Positions 43,243-58,038 are shown, counted from the first letter of the stretch. The stretch is DNA of 64,000 nt from Eledone cirrhosa (GCA_964016885.1 OZ024754.1:8370001-8434000), one strand, 5' to 3'. Notes: generated by a model from the sequence alone, not told the origin. Program-made: numbers and translations.

Positions 43243-43530
43243 CTTACGGGGTCGATAAAATAAAGTACCAGTAATACACTGGGATAATTGCTGGCCTTGT
43301 GCCTAAAGTAGAAACAATTATATATATACGTGTGTGGGGGGCGGGGGCGATTCTTGGACCGGACCATGCATTATGTCCTTGAGCAAGACACTTTATTTCA
43401 CGTTGCTCCTTCTACCTGGAGTTGCGACCGATAGATAGTACTAGTAACTGGAAAGACCGACGAAGAACATTGTTTCCTCGGTCCGATTTGACAAAAGTCG
43501 ATCGATCCTTTATATATATATATATCGATC

Positions 43531-43567
<37 letters not shown>

Positions 43568-43782
43568 AATGAGAAATACACAGATATATGCGAATACATA
43601 CATATACATACATATACACACATATATATCTGAAATTGTGTGGTGCCAACCTTAACCGTTGTTGCTCTATGATTAAGAGGGAGAAAATAATCTGAATGAA
43701 TTAAATTGACTCTATATCAGAGCTATACAATACATTATAAAGAAAGAAGAAACATTAGACATAAATAAATAAATAAATATAA

Positions 43783-43826
43783 CACCACTGACGATGTTGC
43801 AGATGTGCAACGAAAGATTTATGATA
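43783..43826 (+). ncRNA. Hammerhead core (CUGACGA), stem I degenerate; second copy at 55597-55640
   Basis: CTGACGA-t-gttgca-gatg-tgcaac-GAAA is identical in both copies. Confidence 0.55.
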
Positions 43827-44606
43827 AACTATATATATGTGTTTCTGTCTATATTGTATCTGTATTATTTTTTGACCGTCGGTCAGTCAATGGCAACATT
43901 GAGGACCGAGTAAGTTAGATTACCAATAAATAAATAAATACCCAGTAATTCTTCAGATTCTCGACTGTACAGTTTCGCGGCTACTTTGCAAAAATCCTAT
44001 ATCATAGAGATATAGTATTCCTGTGAGGTTTGCCAGCTTATCAAGAGAATACCTCATTTAAAGTTTCAAAACACGTCGGCAACGCGTGAGAGAGAATCCC
44101 GGGAAGGCGGAGGGGGAATTTATCACGTGATACAGCGGTCAAGAAACAGAGCTAAGTCCCTTATAGCCATGAGAAATGCCGCAAATGGCGGAGGGGGCAT
44201 TAATACCTAGGCTACAGACGAGGTGGCTAGGGAGGCTAGAAGTGTAAATAGTGTTAGCTTGAAAGCAGTCACTATACTTCCGTGGTTACTCTACCGTAGG
44301 GAGTTATAGACAATAATGGTTTCTACGTTAGGCACAAGGCCAGCAATTACCCAGTGCATTACTGGTACTTTATTTTATCGACCCCGTAAGGATGAAAGGC
44401 AAAGTCAACCTCGGTGGGATTTGAATTCAGATGGTAAAGGGACGTAACTATGCTGGAAAGCATGGCGTCCGACCCTCTACCGATACTGCCATTCCACCGC
44501 CAGTTATAGACAATAATGAGAAATACATAAATATATGTGAATACATATATATACATGCATATACACACATATATCTGAAATTGTGTGGTGCCGACCTTAA
44601 CCGTTG

Positions 44607-44796
44607 TATCCCCGGTTCAATCGGAGTTAACCACAGTAAGTAAGGTACTCAATACATAGCAGAGTATAAATATTTAATATAGAAATGGATTCTACAGGAC
44701 TAGAACTGTTTCATTCGGAAGAAATCATCAGGGCTTCCTGATGATTTCTTCCGAATGAAACAGTTCTAGTCCTGTAGAAGCCATTTCTATATTAAA
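44607..44796. mobile_element. Penelope-like fold-back with opposed hammerheads
   Basis: Palindrome ~44673-44796 centred at ~44734; family also at 57645-57790 and 61351-61512. Confidence 0.7.
44732..44782 (+). ncRNA. Type I hammerhead ribozyme
   Basis: ggcttc-CTGATGA-tttc-ttcc-gaat-GAAA-cag-ttctagtc-ctgTA-gaagcc; 6-bp stem I, triplet GUA. Confidence 0.72.
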
Positions 44797-44867
44797 CATA
44801 TATATATATATATATAAAAAGTTTGTTCTTCATCAGTGATCTTCCAACTATCATAGGCATTTCATCG

Positions 44868-44920
<53 letters not shown>

Positions 44921-44979
44921 TCTAACTATTTGTCTATCGACAGATTTGCATCTTTTTATTTGCCTATCACACACACACA

Positions 44980-45042
<63 letters not shown>

Positions 45043-45214
45043 TATATATATATACATAAATATATTTGTATATATATTCTATACACATATATGTGTGTGA
45101 GTGTATATATTATATATATGATGTATAATATACTTATACATGTGTTTGTGTGTATGCGTGGTTATCTTTCTACGTACTTTTGTGAGTGTGTGTGTGTATG
45201 TATATATATGTATG

Positions 45215-45391
<177 letters not shown>

Positions 45392-46025
45392 TCACACACT
45401 CACACACACACAAAACTTTCCTGCAATTCCATAGAACCAATCATCCAACTACCGCACTACATCAAAAGATTTCACTGAACCGTTCATCCCGCACCTAATC
45501 GATACCTCATCCTGGTTTCATAAATAGGGTCACATGCCTTGAAGTTACCTAATCGAATGCAATCAGCATTCATTCATTTTCCTTATTGCTTTTCATGAGA
45601 AATCCCCTTCGATCTACAGGCATTTTATTGACTTTATCTGACAACAAAATGGACGTTAATGTTGGCAGTAAGTTGTTCCTCATTAGACTTTTACTCAGAG
45701 AATCTCCAGGTGATTGCCAACCATTGTCGGAGATATAGTTAACATATTCTACCTGTGTAGATTTATCTATTCATGGATTGCCTAATTAGTGATTCTTCCC
45801 AAGTAATCTCACTTCAAATATTTGCTTTCATTATACTAAAGGATTGGCGGTGGATTGGCAGAATCGGTAGAAGGTCGGACGCCATGCTTTGACGTTTTGA
45901 GTTCAAATCCCGCCGAGGTTAACTTTGCTTTCACCCTTACGGGGTTGATAAAATAAAGTACCAGTAATGCACTGGGATAATTGCTGGTCTTGTGCCAAAA
46001 AGTAGAAACAATTATACTAAACGAA

Positions 46026-46245
46026 GTGAAGGCGTGTGGCTAAGTGGTGAGAGAATTGAATTCGCAATTGTGAGGTTGTGAATTCGATTTCGTGGCTGGG
46101 TGATGCGTTATGTCCTTGAGCAAGACACTTTATTTCCTTCGTTGCTCCTTCTACCTGGAGTTGCGACCGATAGATAGTATTAGCAATTGGAAAGACCAAT
46201 GGAAACATTGTTTCCTTGGTCCGATTTGACGAAATTCGATCGACT
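46026..46245 (+). mobile_element. tRNA-derived SINE (second family), near full length
   Basis: ggcgtgtggctaagtggt A-box, aattcgatt B-box-like and tgtccttgagcaagacacttta domain. Confidence 0.75.
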
Positions 46246-46339
46246 GTCGATACTAAAGGAAGTTATAATGCGACATAATATAAAGATTCCTGAAAAGACT
46301 TCGTCTATTTTTTGGAGGGGGGGGGCGAAACCTAGTGGA

Positions 46340-46536
46340 GTAGAATGGTACGAGAGAGCTAGTCGAAGAGTTCTTCTTCGCCTACTTATTCCTGAGAGGG
46401 TCGTGGGGGCAGATTCCTCAAAGACTCCCTCCAGTGGGTCATGTCAGAAGCAACCGTCTCGAACTGATCCGGTTGGATCTCCAAGAGAGACTAGCCAAGC
46501 TCATGGATGTTATCCAAACATCTTGCTCGGGGTCTA
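46340..46536 (-). mobile_element. RTE LINE extreme 3' end
   Basis: Minus translation RPRARCLDNIHELG*SLLEIQPDQFETVASDMTHWRESLRNLPPRPSQE*. Confidence 0.65.
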
Positions 46537-46569
46537 ACCCCCCCCCCCCCCCCCCGGGTCTCTTGTCAT

Positions 46570-46950
46570 AACGACCCAGCATCGCAACCTACATAGCGTC
46601 ACAACGTCACAACGACAGAGCATCACAACGCCACAACCACCCAGCATCACAACGCCACAACCACCCAGCATCGCAACGACACAACGATCCAGCATCACAA
46701 CCTCACAACAACCCAGCATCACAACGACACAAGGACACAGCATCACAACGACACAAGGACACAGCATCACAACCTCACAACCTCACAACGACCCAACATC
46801 ACAGCATCACAACGCCACAGCGTCACAAGGACAACATCACAGCGCCACAACGAACCAGCATCACAAGGACAACGACACAGCATCACAACGCCAAAACGCC
46901 ACACCATCACAACGTCACAAACTTCACATCAACACAGCACCACAACAACG
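46570..46950. repeat. Degenerate cagcatcacaac minisatellite
   Basis: Recurring cagcatcacaacg units at ~21-bp spacing. Confidence 0.75.
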
Positions 46951-46967
46951 CCATAATACCCTGACTA

Positions 46968-47873
46968 CGAGGTGTGTCAGAAAAGTTCCAGGACTGATGT
47001 CACAAAAGATGTATTTCAAACCCAAACTTCACACTAAGAGTTTTCTCCTTCAAAGTAATCCCCCTGGAGTATGTAACTGTAATCTTAGCTCTCTGCAGCG
47101 ATCAAACTTTTTTCTTCATAATTTTATATACATGTCCTCTGTTTCAGGTCGTCAAGAAATGAACACAGAGCAACGAACAAATTTGAAGTTTCTGGTACGG
47201 TTGGGGAAAACTCCGTCAGAAGCACTGGGATTGCTGCAGCAAGTGTAGGGAGATGAGACGATGTCACGCTCACGTGTTTTTGAGTGGTGCAAGAGGTTTA
47301 AAGAATGACGCGAGGACGTGGAAGATGACCCCGGGAGCGAAAGGCCCTCAACAACCAGGACTGAGGTCAACGTTGAGCGCGTCAGGCAGGTGGTGCGTAG
47401 CGATCGTTGACTGATGGCAAATGAGCTGTGCATGAATCGGGACAGCGTCTGGAAGATTCTCACTGAAGATTTGGACATGCGGAAAGTCTGCGCGAAGATG
47501 TTGCCAAAACTGCTGAACGATGACCAGAAGGGTCGACACATGCAAGTGTGCCAGGACATCCTCGAGCGTCTTGTGAACCGAACCAGACTTGCTAGGGACA
47601 GTCATCACCGGTGATGAGTCATGGATCTTCGAGTACGACCCGGAGGGGACCCGTTTTGAAGACATGGACGACATCAAAAAGGCCGTGACGACGGAACTGA
47701 GGAGGATCCCGGAAGAATCCTTCCAGGAGTGCATGCAAGCGTGGCAGAAAAGGATGGAAAAGTGCATTAGACTCCAGGGGGATTACTTTGAAGGAGAAAA
47801 CTCTCAGTGTGAAGTTTGGGTTTGAAATAAATCTTTTGTGACATCAGTCCTGGAACTTTTCTGACACACCTCG
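46968..47873 (+). mobile_element. Internally deleted mariner (Tc1/mariner) DNA transposon
   Basis: Perfect 43-bp TIRs (46968-47010, 47831-47873) and TA TSD; transposase remnants EQRTNLKF..., ITGDESWIFEYDPE, GDYFEG with stops and a frameshift. Confidence 0.92.
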
Positions 47874-50109
47874 TATATTGATTTCAGAGCACAGCTTGTC
47901 CACTTCTCTATTTGTGGGATTTTATTTACGAGGAATAAGTATTAAAAAAATGCCAGTTATTTAATATTTGTTTCCCTCTCCGTGTTGATGTTCCGTGCTG
48001 AATAAACCCGTCAATGTCATGACAGGCGATGCGCTTGCCGACGATTTGGGAGAAATGTAGTATTAATTGCACTTATGGAAAGTGATTCCAGCTTACCAGA
48101 GTTACTGCTTTATTCCTTGCATTAGTTATCGTAAACAGCTGACAGCCAGATACTTCAAGTAGGAAGTTATTATGAAATCTGTCCTTACAATTGCCACCTT
48201 CATATGTTGGAATGGGAAAACCAACCAACATTTTAAAAATTTTATTGAAAGACTACAGCTTAAATGTGATGTGTTTCTACTTCATTGTGACGAAGCTGTC
48301 AACCAGCAATGACCAGAACAGATTTGTGGATCTGTTAGAAACTACTATTAGTTTCCTTTAAAGAGAATAAAATATTCTATCTTCAACAGAATATATGGAA
48401 GATCTGATGTCGTTTAAAGATACAGTGAATCGCCTACAAACTTTCAAATTGAAGCTACAGAGTTGATAAGCTTGCTTCGGATCATCTTATTGCCGAAACA
48501 TGGTCTCAGTCTGGTAAATGCAGTCAGTAAAATGGAGGCACTCCATCGGTTACGACGACGAGTGTTCCAGTTGATCCGATCAACAGAACAGCCTGCTCGT
48601 GAAATTAACGTGCAAGTGGCTGAGCATTCTACAGACGCGCGTACCCTTTACGTAAGGATGAAAGGCAAAGCTAACCTCAGATCGTAAAGGGCCGTAACTC
48701 TATGGCCCTTTTTAAAAATTCTACTGGAAATTAATGAGTAGAAACTCTGATGTTGCGTAATAATAGAATATTTCATCTACAAAGTTTCTAATTAGAACTA
48801 CAAGGAAGGGAGTAGATTGTTTTTTATATTACTGCCCTAGCATGGCCGCAGTCTAATGAACACCATTAGCAAGAAAATAACGCATCATCTGTAAAAATTT
48901 CAACTTGGTACTACAGGTGACGATTTTAATGCCCCAACATGGCCGCGGCCTAATGAATGCCACTAACAAAATCTCAACAAGCATTACAAACAAAGATTTT
49001 AATATCCAAGAAAGATTTTATTGTTTCCGATGTTAGTGTTATAATAAATCAACCACGGACTCTCTAGTTGGCACATAAGTGAAAGGTTAAGATTGTTTCC
49101 GATAATAAATTATATACAAGCACTCAGTTTGGAACTACAGAAGAAAGATAGCATTGCTTCTGATCTTTCTGATATATTGAATCATCTAGGAACTCTCAAC
49201 TCGGAAGTCCAGAGGAGGTTCAGAAATGTATCAATTGTTACTCAGTTTTCAGAATGAAATAAGAGGCTTTCAAACGGAAATATTATCAAGAAATTGACTC
49301 GGTCTCAGACGGAAAATAAATACATTCCTTGATATTGAACTAAAAGACAAAGATATTTGAGGAATGCTAAAATATATTACAAAGATTACTAGATAATTTC
49401 TTAGCCTGATTTCTTGACTTACAGTAGGCGAGGTCCTGTTACACTTTTCTTGTAAACTAATTCACAGTTGATGTGTTCAACAACAAATGTTAAAATCCTT
49501 GAGTTAGATAATCATCCACTATGGAGATGTAACTAATGGACTTACATGAACAAACCTGAGTCTGAAGATGATCCACCAAGTCGAGTCTGGAATTCAAATT
49601 TAAAAGGAAGTTCCAGAAATACAATATCTTGAACTGGACTCAAATAAACTCGCTCTGATCGATCGACAAGATCCCATACCTCATTCGAGTGGGGTGGACT
49701 TCGTCAAATCTGACCAAGGAAACAATGTTTCCATTGGTCTTTCCATTGCTGATACTATCTACCAGTCACAACTCCGAACAAGAAAGAGAACTCCTACAGC
49801 CTGAGTTGATCCAATTTTTTTGTTGTAGATATTTTAACATTTTAAACAATACTGCGGAAGTGTATCTTGTGTTTTAGTCAACTTGGTGAAAGTAATATAT
49901 AAGTTTGTGCGTTATGAAAACGCCTAAGTAAAACATTTATTTAGCAAGTTGGCCATAGAAGAATACAGTGAAATGTATATGAAATGAGGACTGGATTATA
50001 CATTGATTATATCTATCAACGAAGAGTAAAGGCATAATTGTTTGAGAGGAGATCTCTGCATGAAGTGTTTACAAACAAATAGACTCTAGAATTCTAAATA
50101 GGAGCATTG

Positions 50110-50154
<45 letters not shown>

Positions 50155-50323
50155 TAGTAATTATATATACTTTATTTAAAGAGATTTCCTATAGTAAATT
50201 TCGTCTGAAAGCAGCAATATGTATTCTTAATGAACCAAACCAATATAATCGACAGTTTTATTGTGTATTGTCAGAGAGAAAGAGGGGGGTGAGAAAGAAA
50301 GAAAGAATGAAAGAGAGAAAGAG

Positions 50324-50394
<71 letters not shown>

Positions 50395-51100
50395 AAAAAA
50401 GAAAGAAAGAAAGAAAGAAAGAAAGAAAAACTAGAACAATTCACAAAAAATTGTATATTTTCCGTTTTGTTAGTTTGTTAAAGCCTACACACAAAAGAAT
50501 TCCGTAGGACGAAGAAACTTACTTTAAATGAGACGTGACAGAATTTTTTTTTTTTTTTTTTTTCTGTTTTGTAACCATATTCTTAAAACATGCAAGATAA
50601 TATATTTTCTTTTGAACAATGCCTTTGGTAAATGGACGTCACAGGCTGTTGTTTTCGTTGCACACTTTAATACATCTGCTGATTTTCTTCAATTATTTTC
50701 ATTACGTTTCTTTGTAGGAGGGAAAAAGGGAGGCATTTTAAGGTGTGGTGTGGTGAGGTGTGAGGAGTTTTTGTATGTATGTATGTCTGTGTTTTGTTGT
50801 TGCTGTTGTTGTTGTTGTCTTGTTATTCCTTTTGTTTACCTAATAATTGAACCAGTCATGTGTTTTATGTTTGTTTGTGTGTGTTTTCTTTTTGTTTGTG
50901 TTTTTGGTTTTGTTTTTGTTGTTGTATATTTGCAATACTTTCATCGGTCTGTCGATCCGAATTAGTACTTTTTTTCTTTTCATTCAGTTTATATCTCGCT
51001 TTACTTTCTCCCCCATGGATTCTCCACTTCTTTAATTATTAATTCATGTTATCGTTTATCTATTTAACGAAATTCCGTTTAATCACTCTCCCGCCAACTC

Positions 51101-51144
<44 letters not shown>

Positions 51145-51175
51145 CACACATACATATACACACATATATATATAA

Positions 51176-51240
<65 letters not shown>

Positions 51241-51530
51241 TACATATACACACATATATATATAAACATATATACAAATACATACATGTACATACACATA
51301 CATATAAACATACATATACACACATATATATATATAAACATATATATATATATATGCAAAAGTTCTATTTAAAATTGTTGGGATACAACAAGTAAATATT
51401 TTTATAACTGATATAAAGCACTCGACAAGTATTTGGAGTAGATATACGATATTAATAAAGTTTCCATTTATTAATATCGTATATATATATATATATACAT
51501 ACATAAACATATATATACATACATACATAT

Positions 51531-51586
<56 letters not shown>

Positions 51587-51842
51587 AGGAACGATCGACT
51601 TTCGTCAAATCGGACCGAGGGAACAATGTTTCCGTTGGTCTTTCCAATTGCTAATACTATCTATCAGTCGCAACTCCAGGTAGAAGGACCAACGTGAAAT
51701 AAAGGGTCTTGCCCAAGGACATAATGCATCGCCTGGTCCAGGAATCGAACTCACAACCTTACGATTGCGAATACAATTCTCTAACCACTCAGCCACATTT
51801 ACACATATACATACATACCGACAGACAGACACACAGACACAC

Positions 51843-51877
<35 letters not shown>

Positions 51878-52653
51878 TGTTTGCTTTCATTTTTTTTCTC
51901 TTGTTTATTTTTTTTCTTCATATTCCTTATCCATTCTTTCTTTTATATTGCAGAGTCTTTAATTTCTTCTTCCGCCTCACCATTCAACCAATTATTCCAT
52001 CCCATTCTTTTGTTTTCTCTCACCTCAATTATTACACTTTTTTCTTCTTTTTTTTGTACTTTTTTTCACATTTTCATTTTTTTTTTCATTATTTCTTTTC
52101 CTTTTCTCTACTCCATATATTGTTTGTTTTTCCTTTGTCTTCCATTTTCTTTATAGTTCGACATTTCTCACAAGCAAACTACTGAAAGTTCTCTCCCTTT
52201 CTTTCTCTGTGTTGTCATCCTCTCCTGTCATTTCCTTACACACTACTGTTTCTCATATTCACTCTCATTATTCCTATCAACCAACACGATACAGCCACAA
52301 TCCATCTGTTACGAGTTAGATTCATTCGAGCGAAAGATTTATATTTATATACAATCATAAATATAATATATATAAGATATATATATATATATGATATATG
52401 TAGGAGGTGAGTTTTATTGTAGTACAATAAAGCAATGCAGATATCGGATAAGAAGCACTCTACAGTTTGTAGGACTGGAGTATACATAATATATAAGATC
52501 AAAAGATGGTTAAAAGAGTTCCATGTATTTTATTATGCGCATTTTTTTTTTTTTTTCCCCCAATATCACACATCAATCTAAAACTACTTTTCATATGTTG
52601 ATTTAAAACTGCACTATCCACAAGTGTTTTTTAACCTTCATATCATGTCTTCC

Positions 52654-52724
52654 TATTTTATCTGATGAAAACACAAATGTTATTGCATGATGATATTTGT
52701 TTTTGAAATGCGCATAATAAAATA
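52654..52724 (+). ncRNA. Type I hammerhead ribozyme in a Penelope-like fold-back (52400-52763)
   Basis: tattttat-CTGATGA-aaacacaaatgtt...gatatttgttttt-GAAA-tgcgca-TA-ataaaata; inverted copy of the 3' part at 52487-52544. Confidence 0.78.
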
Positions 52725-52765
52725 CATGGAACTCTTTTAACCATCTTTTGATCTTATATATTATA

Positions 52766-52805
<40 letters not shown>

Positions 52806-52860
52806 TAATATATATAATATATAATATATATAATATATATATATATATATAATATATATA

Positions 52861-52903
<43 letters not shown>

Positions 52904-52914
52904 TAATATATATA

Positions 52915-52955
<41 letters not shown>

Positions 52956-53405
52956 TAATATATATAATATAATATATATATATATATATATAATATATAT
53001 ATATAATATATATAATATATATAATATAATATATATATATATATATATAATATATATATATAATATATATATATATAATATATATATATAATATATATAT
53101 ATATTATATATAATATATATATATATATAATATATATATATAATATATATATATATTATATATAATATATATATAATATATAATATATATATATATAATA
53201 TATATATATAATATATATATATATTATATATAATATATATATATATATAATATATATATATAATATATATATATATTATATATAATATATATATAATATA
53301 ATATATATATATATATAATATATATATATATATAATATATATATATATATAATATATATATATATAAGATATATATACATATAATATATATATAAGATAT
53401 ATTAT

Positions 53406-53437
<32 letters not shown>

Positions 53438-53638
53438 AGATATCTTATATATATATTATATGTATATATATCTTATATATATATATAATTGTTTCTATAT
53501 ATATATAATATATATATATATAATTGTTTCTATATATATATATACAGATGTCTGTATTGGTAAAAAGTCCACGCAGCATCTTGGCGCTTCGGGAGTTCGA
53601 TGCCACAGTTCACCACTATAAATAAGCGTCATCTGCTG

Positions 53639-55169
53639 CAGGCATGTCAAACGTGCGGCCCGCAGGCAGCATGCGGCCCTTTACAAGCACACCTACGGCC
53701 CGCACAAAGGTTTTTACAGTGCGAGCATGTTTTATCTTCCTAATATAAAACAAAAAATATTAGTTGTATGTGGCCCTCAGACAATACATATGTGACTCAT
53801 GTGGCCCTCAGACAATACATATGTGACTCATGTGGCCCTCAGACATTACATATGTGACTCATGTGGCCCTCAGACATTACATATGTGACTCATGTGGCCC
53901 TCAGACATTACATATGTGACTCATGTGGCCCTCAGACAATACATATGTGACTCATGTGGCCCTCAGACAATACATATGTGACTCATGTGGCCCTCAGACA
54001 ATACAAATGTGGCTCATGTGGCCCTCAGACAATACATATGTGACTCATGTGGCCCTCAGACAATACATATGTGACTCATGTGGCCCTCAGACAATACATA
54101 TGTGACTCATGTGGCCCTCAGACAATACAAATGTGGCTCATGTGGCCCTCAGACAATACATATGTGACTCATGTGGCCCTCAGACAATACATATGTGACT
54201 CATGTGGCCCTCAGACAATACATATGTGACTCATGTGGCCCTCAGACAATACATATGTGACTCATGTGGCCCTCAGACAATACATATGTGACTCATGTGG
54301 CCCTCAGACATTACATATGTGACTCATGTGGCCCTCAGACATTACATATGTGACTCATGTGGCCCTCAGACAATACACAATACATATGTGACTCATGTGG
54401 CACTCAGACAATACATATGTGACTCATGTGGCCCTCAGACAATACATATGTGACTCATGTGGCCCTCAGACAATACATATGACTCATGTGGCCCTCAGAC
54501 AATACATATGTGACTCATGTGGCCCTCAGACATTACATATGTGACTCATGTGGCCCTCAGACATTACATATGTGACTCATGTGGCCCTCAGACAATACAT
54601 ATGTGACTCATGTGGCCCTCAGACAATACATATGACTCATGTGGCCCTCAGACAATACATATGTGACTCATGTGGCCCTCAGACATTACATATGTGACTC
54701 ATGTGGCCCTCAGACATTACATATGTGACTCATGTGGCCCTCAGACAATACATATGTGACTCATGTGGCCCTCAGACAATACATATGTGACTCATGTGGC
54801 CCTCAGACAATACATATGTGACTCATGTGGCCCTCAGACATTACATATGTGACTCATGTGGCCCTCAGACAATACATATGTGGCTCATGTGGCCCTCAGA
54901 CAATACATATGTGACTCATGTGGCCCTCAGACAATACATATGTGGCTCATGTGGCCCTCAGACAATACATATGTGACTCATGTGGCCCTCAGACAATATA
55001 TATGTGACTCATGTGGCCCTCAGACAATACATATGTGACTCATGTGGCTCTCAGACAATACATGTGACTCATGTGGCCCTCAGACAATACATATGTGACT
55101 CATGTGGCCCTCAGACAATACATATGTGACTCATGTGGCCCTCGGGGGACGCTCAGTTTGACATACCTG
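53639..55169. mobile_element. Non-autonomous hAT (Charlie/Buster-like) element
   Basis: TIRs caggcatgtcaaac / gtttgacatacctg (13/14 match); subterminal gcggccc motifs; degenerate 8-bp TSD atctgctg / acctattg. Confidence 0.75.
53768..55143. repeat. 31-bp tandem array, ~44 copies
   Basis: Unit atgtggccctcagacaatacatatgtgactc. Confidence 0.95.
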
Positions 55170-55333
55170 ACCTATTGTATATATATATATATATATATAC
55201 GGAGCTAATGCTCTGTGAAGCGTGCGTAACAAGCCGATACACAATAAAAACCTAAATATATATACATATATACACACACACATATATATGTATAAATATA
55301 TATATATATATATTTATTAAAATAACAGATGAA

Positions 55334-55384
55334 AGTTTAAGCAAAGAATCGCTGCTTTCACCCTTAACGGGATCATCTGAAACT
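55334..55384 (-). ncRNA. Hammerhead-fold variant with CAGAUGA core
   Basis: agttt-CAGATGA-tccc-gttaa-gggt-GAAA-gca...tgcTT-aaact; a third, more decayed copy at 58128-58178 (+). Confidence 0.55.
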
Positions 55385-55448
55385 AAAAAAAAATCAATCT
55401 GTGAACGCAGAAGTAAATATTTCGAAAAACGTTGTATATATGTATGTA

Positions 55449-55493
<45 letters not shown>

Positions 55494-56247
55494 CGGCGAT
55501 GAATTAGTTTTGCGAGGTTTTTGATATGAAATAAATATATAAACAGACTAAATAAAGATGGCGTAGAAAATACAATGTAACGGGGAGAAACAATAGCACC
55601 ACTGACGATGTTGCAGATGTGCAACGAAAGAACTTTGATAAACTATATATATGTGTTTGTGTCTATATTGTATCTGTATTATTTTTGACCGTTGGTCAGT
55701 CAATGGCAACATTGAGGACCGAATAAAATAGATTACCGATATAAAAGACACAGAAGCGAAAAGCGAAAACCAACCAAACAGTGAGTGTGTTCTGTTATTA
55801 ATTCTGGCAATATTACACAAACATGACCCTCCCCAAGTATAACAATGTAATTAATAAATGGAAACTATATTTATAAATATATATATATGGAAAATGCAGA
55901 AGCTTCGAAACTGATTCACCAAATCCTAAACCTTGTATATTTCGCTGTTTTAACAGTTATTCTTGCTTTGAGTTTTTCTCATTATTCTATGAATTCTTGT
56001 ATATTTGATTCCAACCTCTATAGCTACTGATTCTTTACGTTCTAGCTTCAATACATTTTACACATCAGGGTGTGCCTTGAAATATTTGCAAATACAACAT
56101 AAATTTAATGATTTATGGTATTACTGTGTTTATAAAGTTCTCTTTTACTCGAAACCAAAGTTCTGTTGAGACAATCTTTTTAATGGAATACATAAATATG
56201 TGCATAAAAGTTACTGGCATAAAATTGTTGAATTTATTGGCGCAGGC

Positions 56248-56670
56248 ATTGGTTAAGGATGTGTGGTTAAGGAGTTATCTTTGCAACCACGTGGTTTAGG
56301 GTTCAGTCTCATTGCACAGCATCTTATACAAATGTCTTCTACTATAGCCAAGGATTGATTAATGCCTTGTGAGAGAAATTTGGTAGGCAGAAACTGCAGA
56401 ACCCTGTTGTGTGTGTGTGTGTGTGTGTGCGTGCGTGTGCGTGTGCGTGTGTGCGTGTGCGTGTGCGTGTGCGTGTGTGCGTGTGCGTGTGTGCGTGTGC
56501 GTGTGTGTGTGTGTGTCCGTGTTTATGTCCCGTATCATAGCAGTCGATAAAAAGAAATCGATGAAATATGTACGAAATATATAAGTACGAATGAATGAAA
56601 TAAGTAGGCAATTCCTTTAAGGCAATTCCGGCAGTCTAATGAATGAAACCAGTAAAAGAATAAAAGAATT
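56248..56670 (+). mobile_element. Diverged tRNA-derived SINE with internal (GT) tract
   Basis: gtgtggttaaggag head and gggttcagtc B-box; tail gcagtctaatgaatgaaaccagtaaaagaataaaaga shared with ~5500. Confidence 0.55.
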
Positions 56671-57824
56671 TCAATATTTGCCAATGCAGCATAAATCTAA
56701 TGTTTTATAGTCTCCAAAAGTTCTCTTTAACCTAAAGCCACAGTTTGGTTTCGAAAACGTTTGTTAGAAGAGATACATTAATGCTTGGAGAAGTTAGCAT
56801 AAAACTATTCACTCCATCACGACCAACGGCGTGTCTTCTAACGTCATTTCTTCAAAGAAATATAACAGTTTGATTTTTTTATTCTTTACTTTTATGGAAT
56901 TTTTTTTAAATAATAAAATCAAATAAAACAAGCTCCTGTCATACAAACAAAAGAGTGAAAAAAAAAAAACCTTTCATTGTTTCAAATCATTGAAGTGTTT
57001 TGTTGATGTGTTGGCAAAACGAAAGAATTAACCTAGCGTTAAATCAGTTTTCTTTAGGAAACCACTTGCTAAAGAGAATTGGCCTTTCGGAAGAAACGAT
57101 CGCTACATTTGTTTCATTGTTAAACAACACTTTCGCCCCACGTCGACAAATTTTAAGATGAGAGAATCCATTTTCAGTCTTGTCTTTATCACACAGCTTA
57201 CAGACATTTGTCAAAATATTTTCTATGAAGTGGGTAGTTCACACAATATTTCTTCGTAATAATTGGGTCCCTGGTTCAATCTCAGGGGAGTAGGGACAAC
57301 ATTCATTCGTAATAATTAGCTCCTGGTTCAATCTCAGGGAAGTGGACTCAACATTTCTTCGTAATAATTAGGTCCCTTGTTAAATCCCACTGTGTAGCAT
57401 CTTAAGGAAGTGTCATTTTCCATATAACCAGGTAGACCCTTACTTTGTGAGTAAAAGCCCGCTGGGTGGAAGCCCGTCAGACGAACTTTACCTGTAATTC
57501 AAATGGCCAGCCTTCCCACACACTGTTCCACGCTCAATTTTCCCTAAAATTTCGTTATGGGTGTACCAGGTATTTGTGGAATGCTGAGTCACGCGAGACG
57601 ACCATGCTCTTGATCGAACAACAGGGACACTCGTCGAAACTGACGTTTCAGTCGAAGGAAATTAATGATTTCCTTCGACTGAAACAGTTCTAGTCCTGTA
57701 GAAGCCATTTCTATATTAAATTTGTTGTTTACACTCTACTAATGTATTGAGTACCTTACTTATTGTAGTTAGCTCCGATTGAACCGGGTACTCTCTCTCT
57801 CTCTCCCTCATACACACACGCACA

Positions 57825-57878
<54 letters not shown>

Positions 57879-57952
57879 CAGAAATAACAACACAATCGAT
57901 ACAGTATATGGAAGGAATATATAGGTTAACGCTTGATATAGCAGGAAGATAG

Positions 57953-57988
57953 TCTTAACGTTTCGGACGCTAGTCCTTCATCAGAAGA
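57953..57988 (-). ncRNA. Minimal type I hammerhead (loopless palindromic stem III)
   Basis: tctt-CTGATGA-a-ggac-tagc-gtcc-GAAA-cGTT-aaga. Confidence 0.72.
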
Positions 57989-58038
57989 AAGAATGAGAAA
58001 ATAGATAGATTGAAGGGACGGACGGGGTGGAATTGGAA

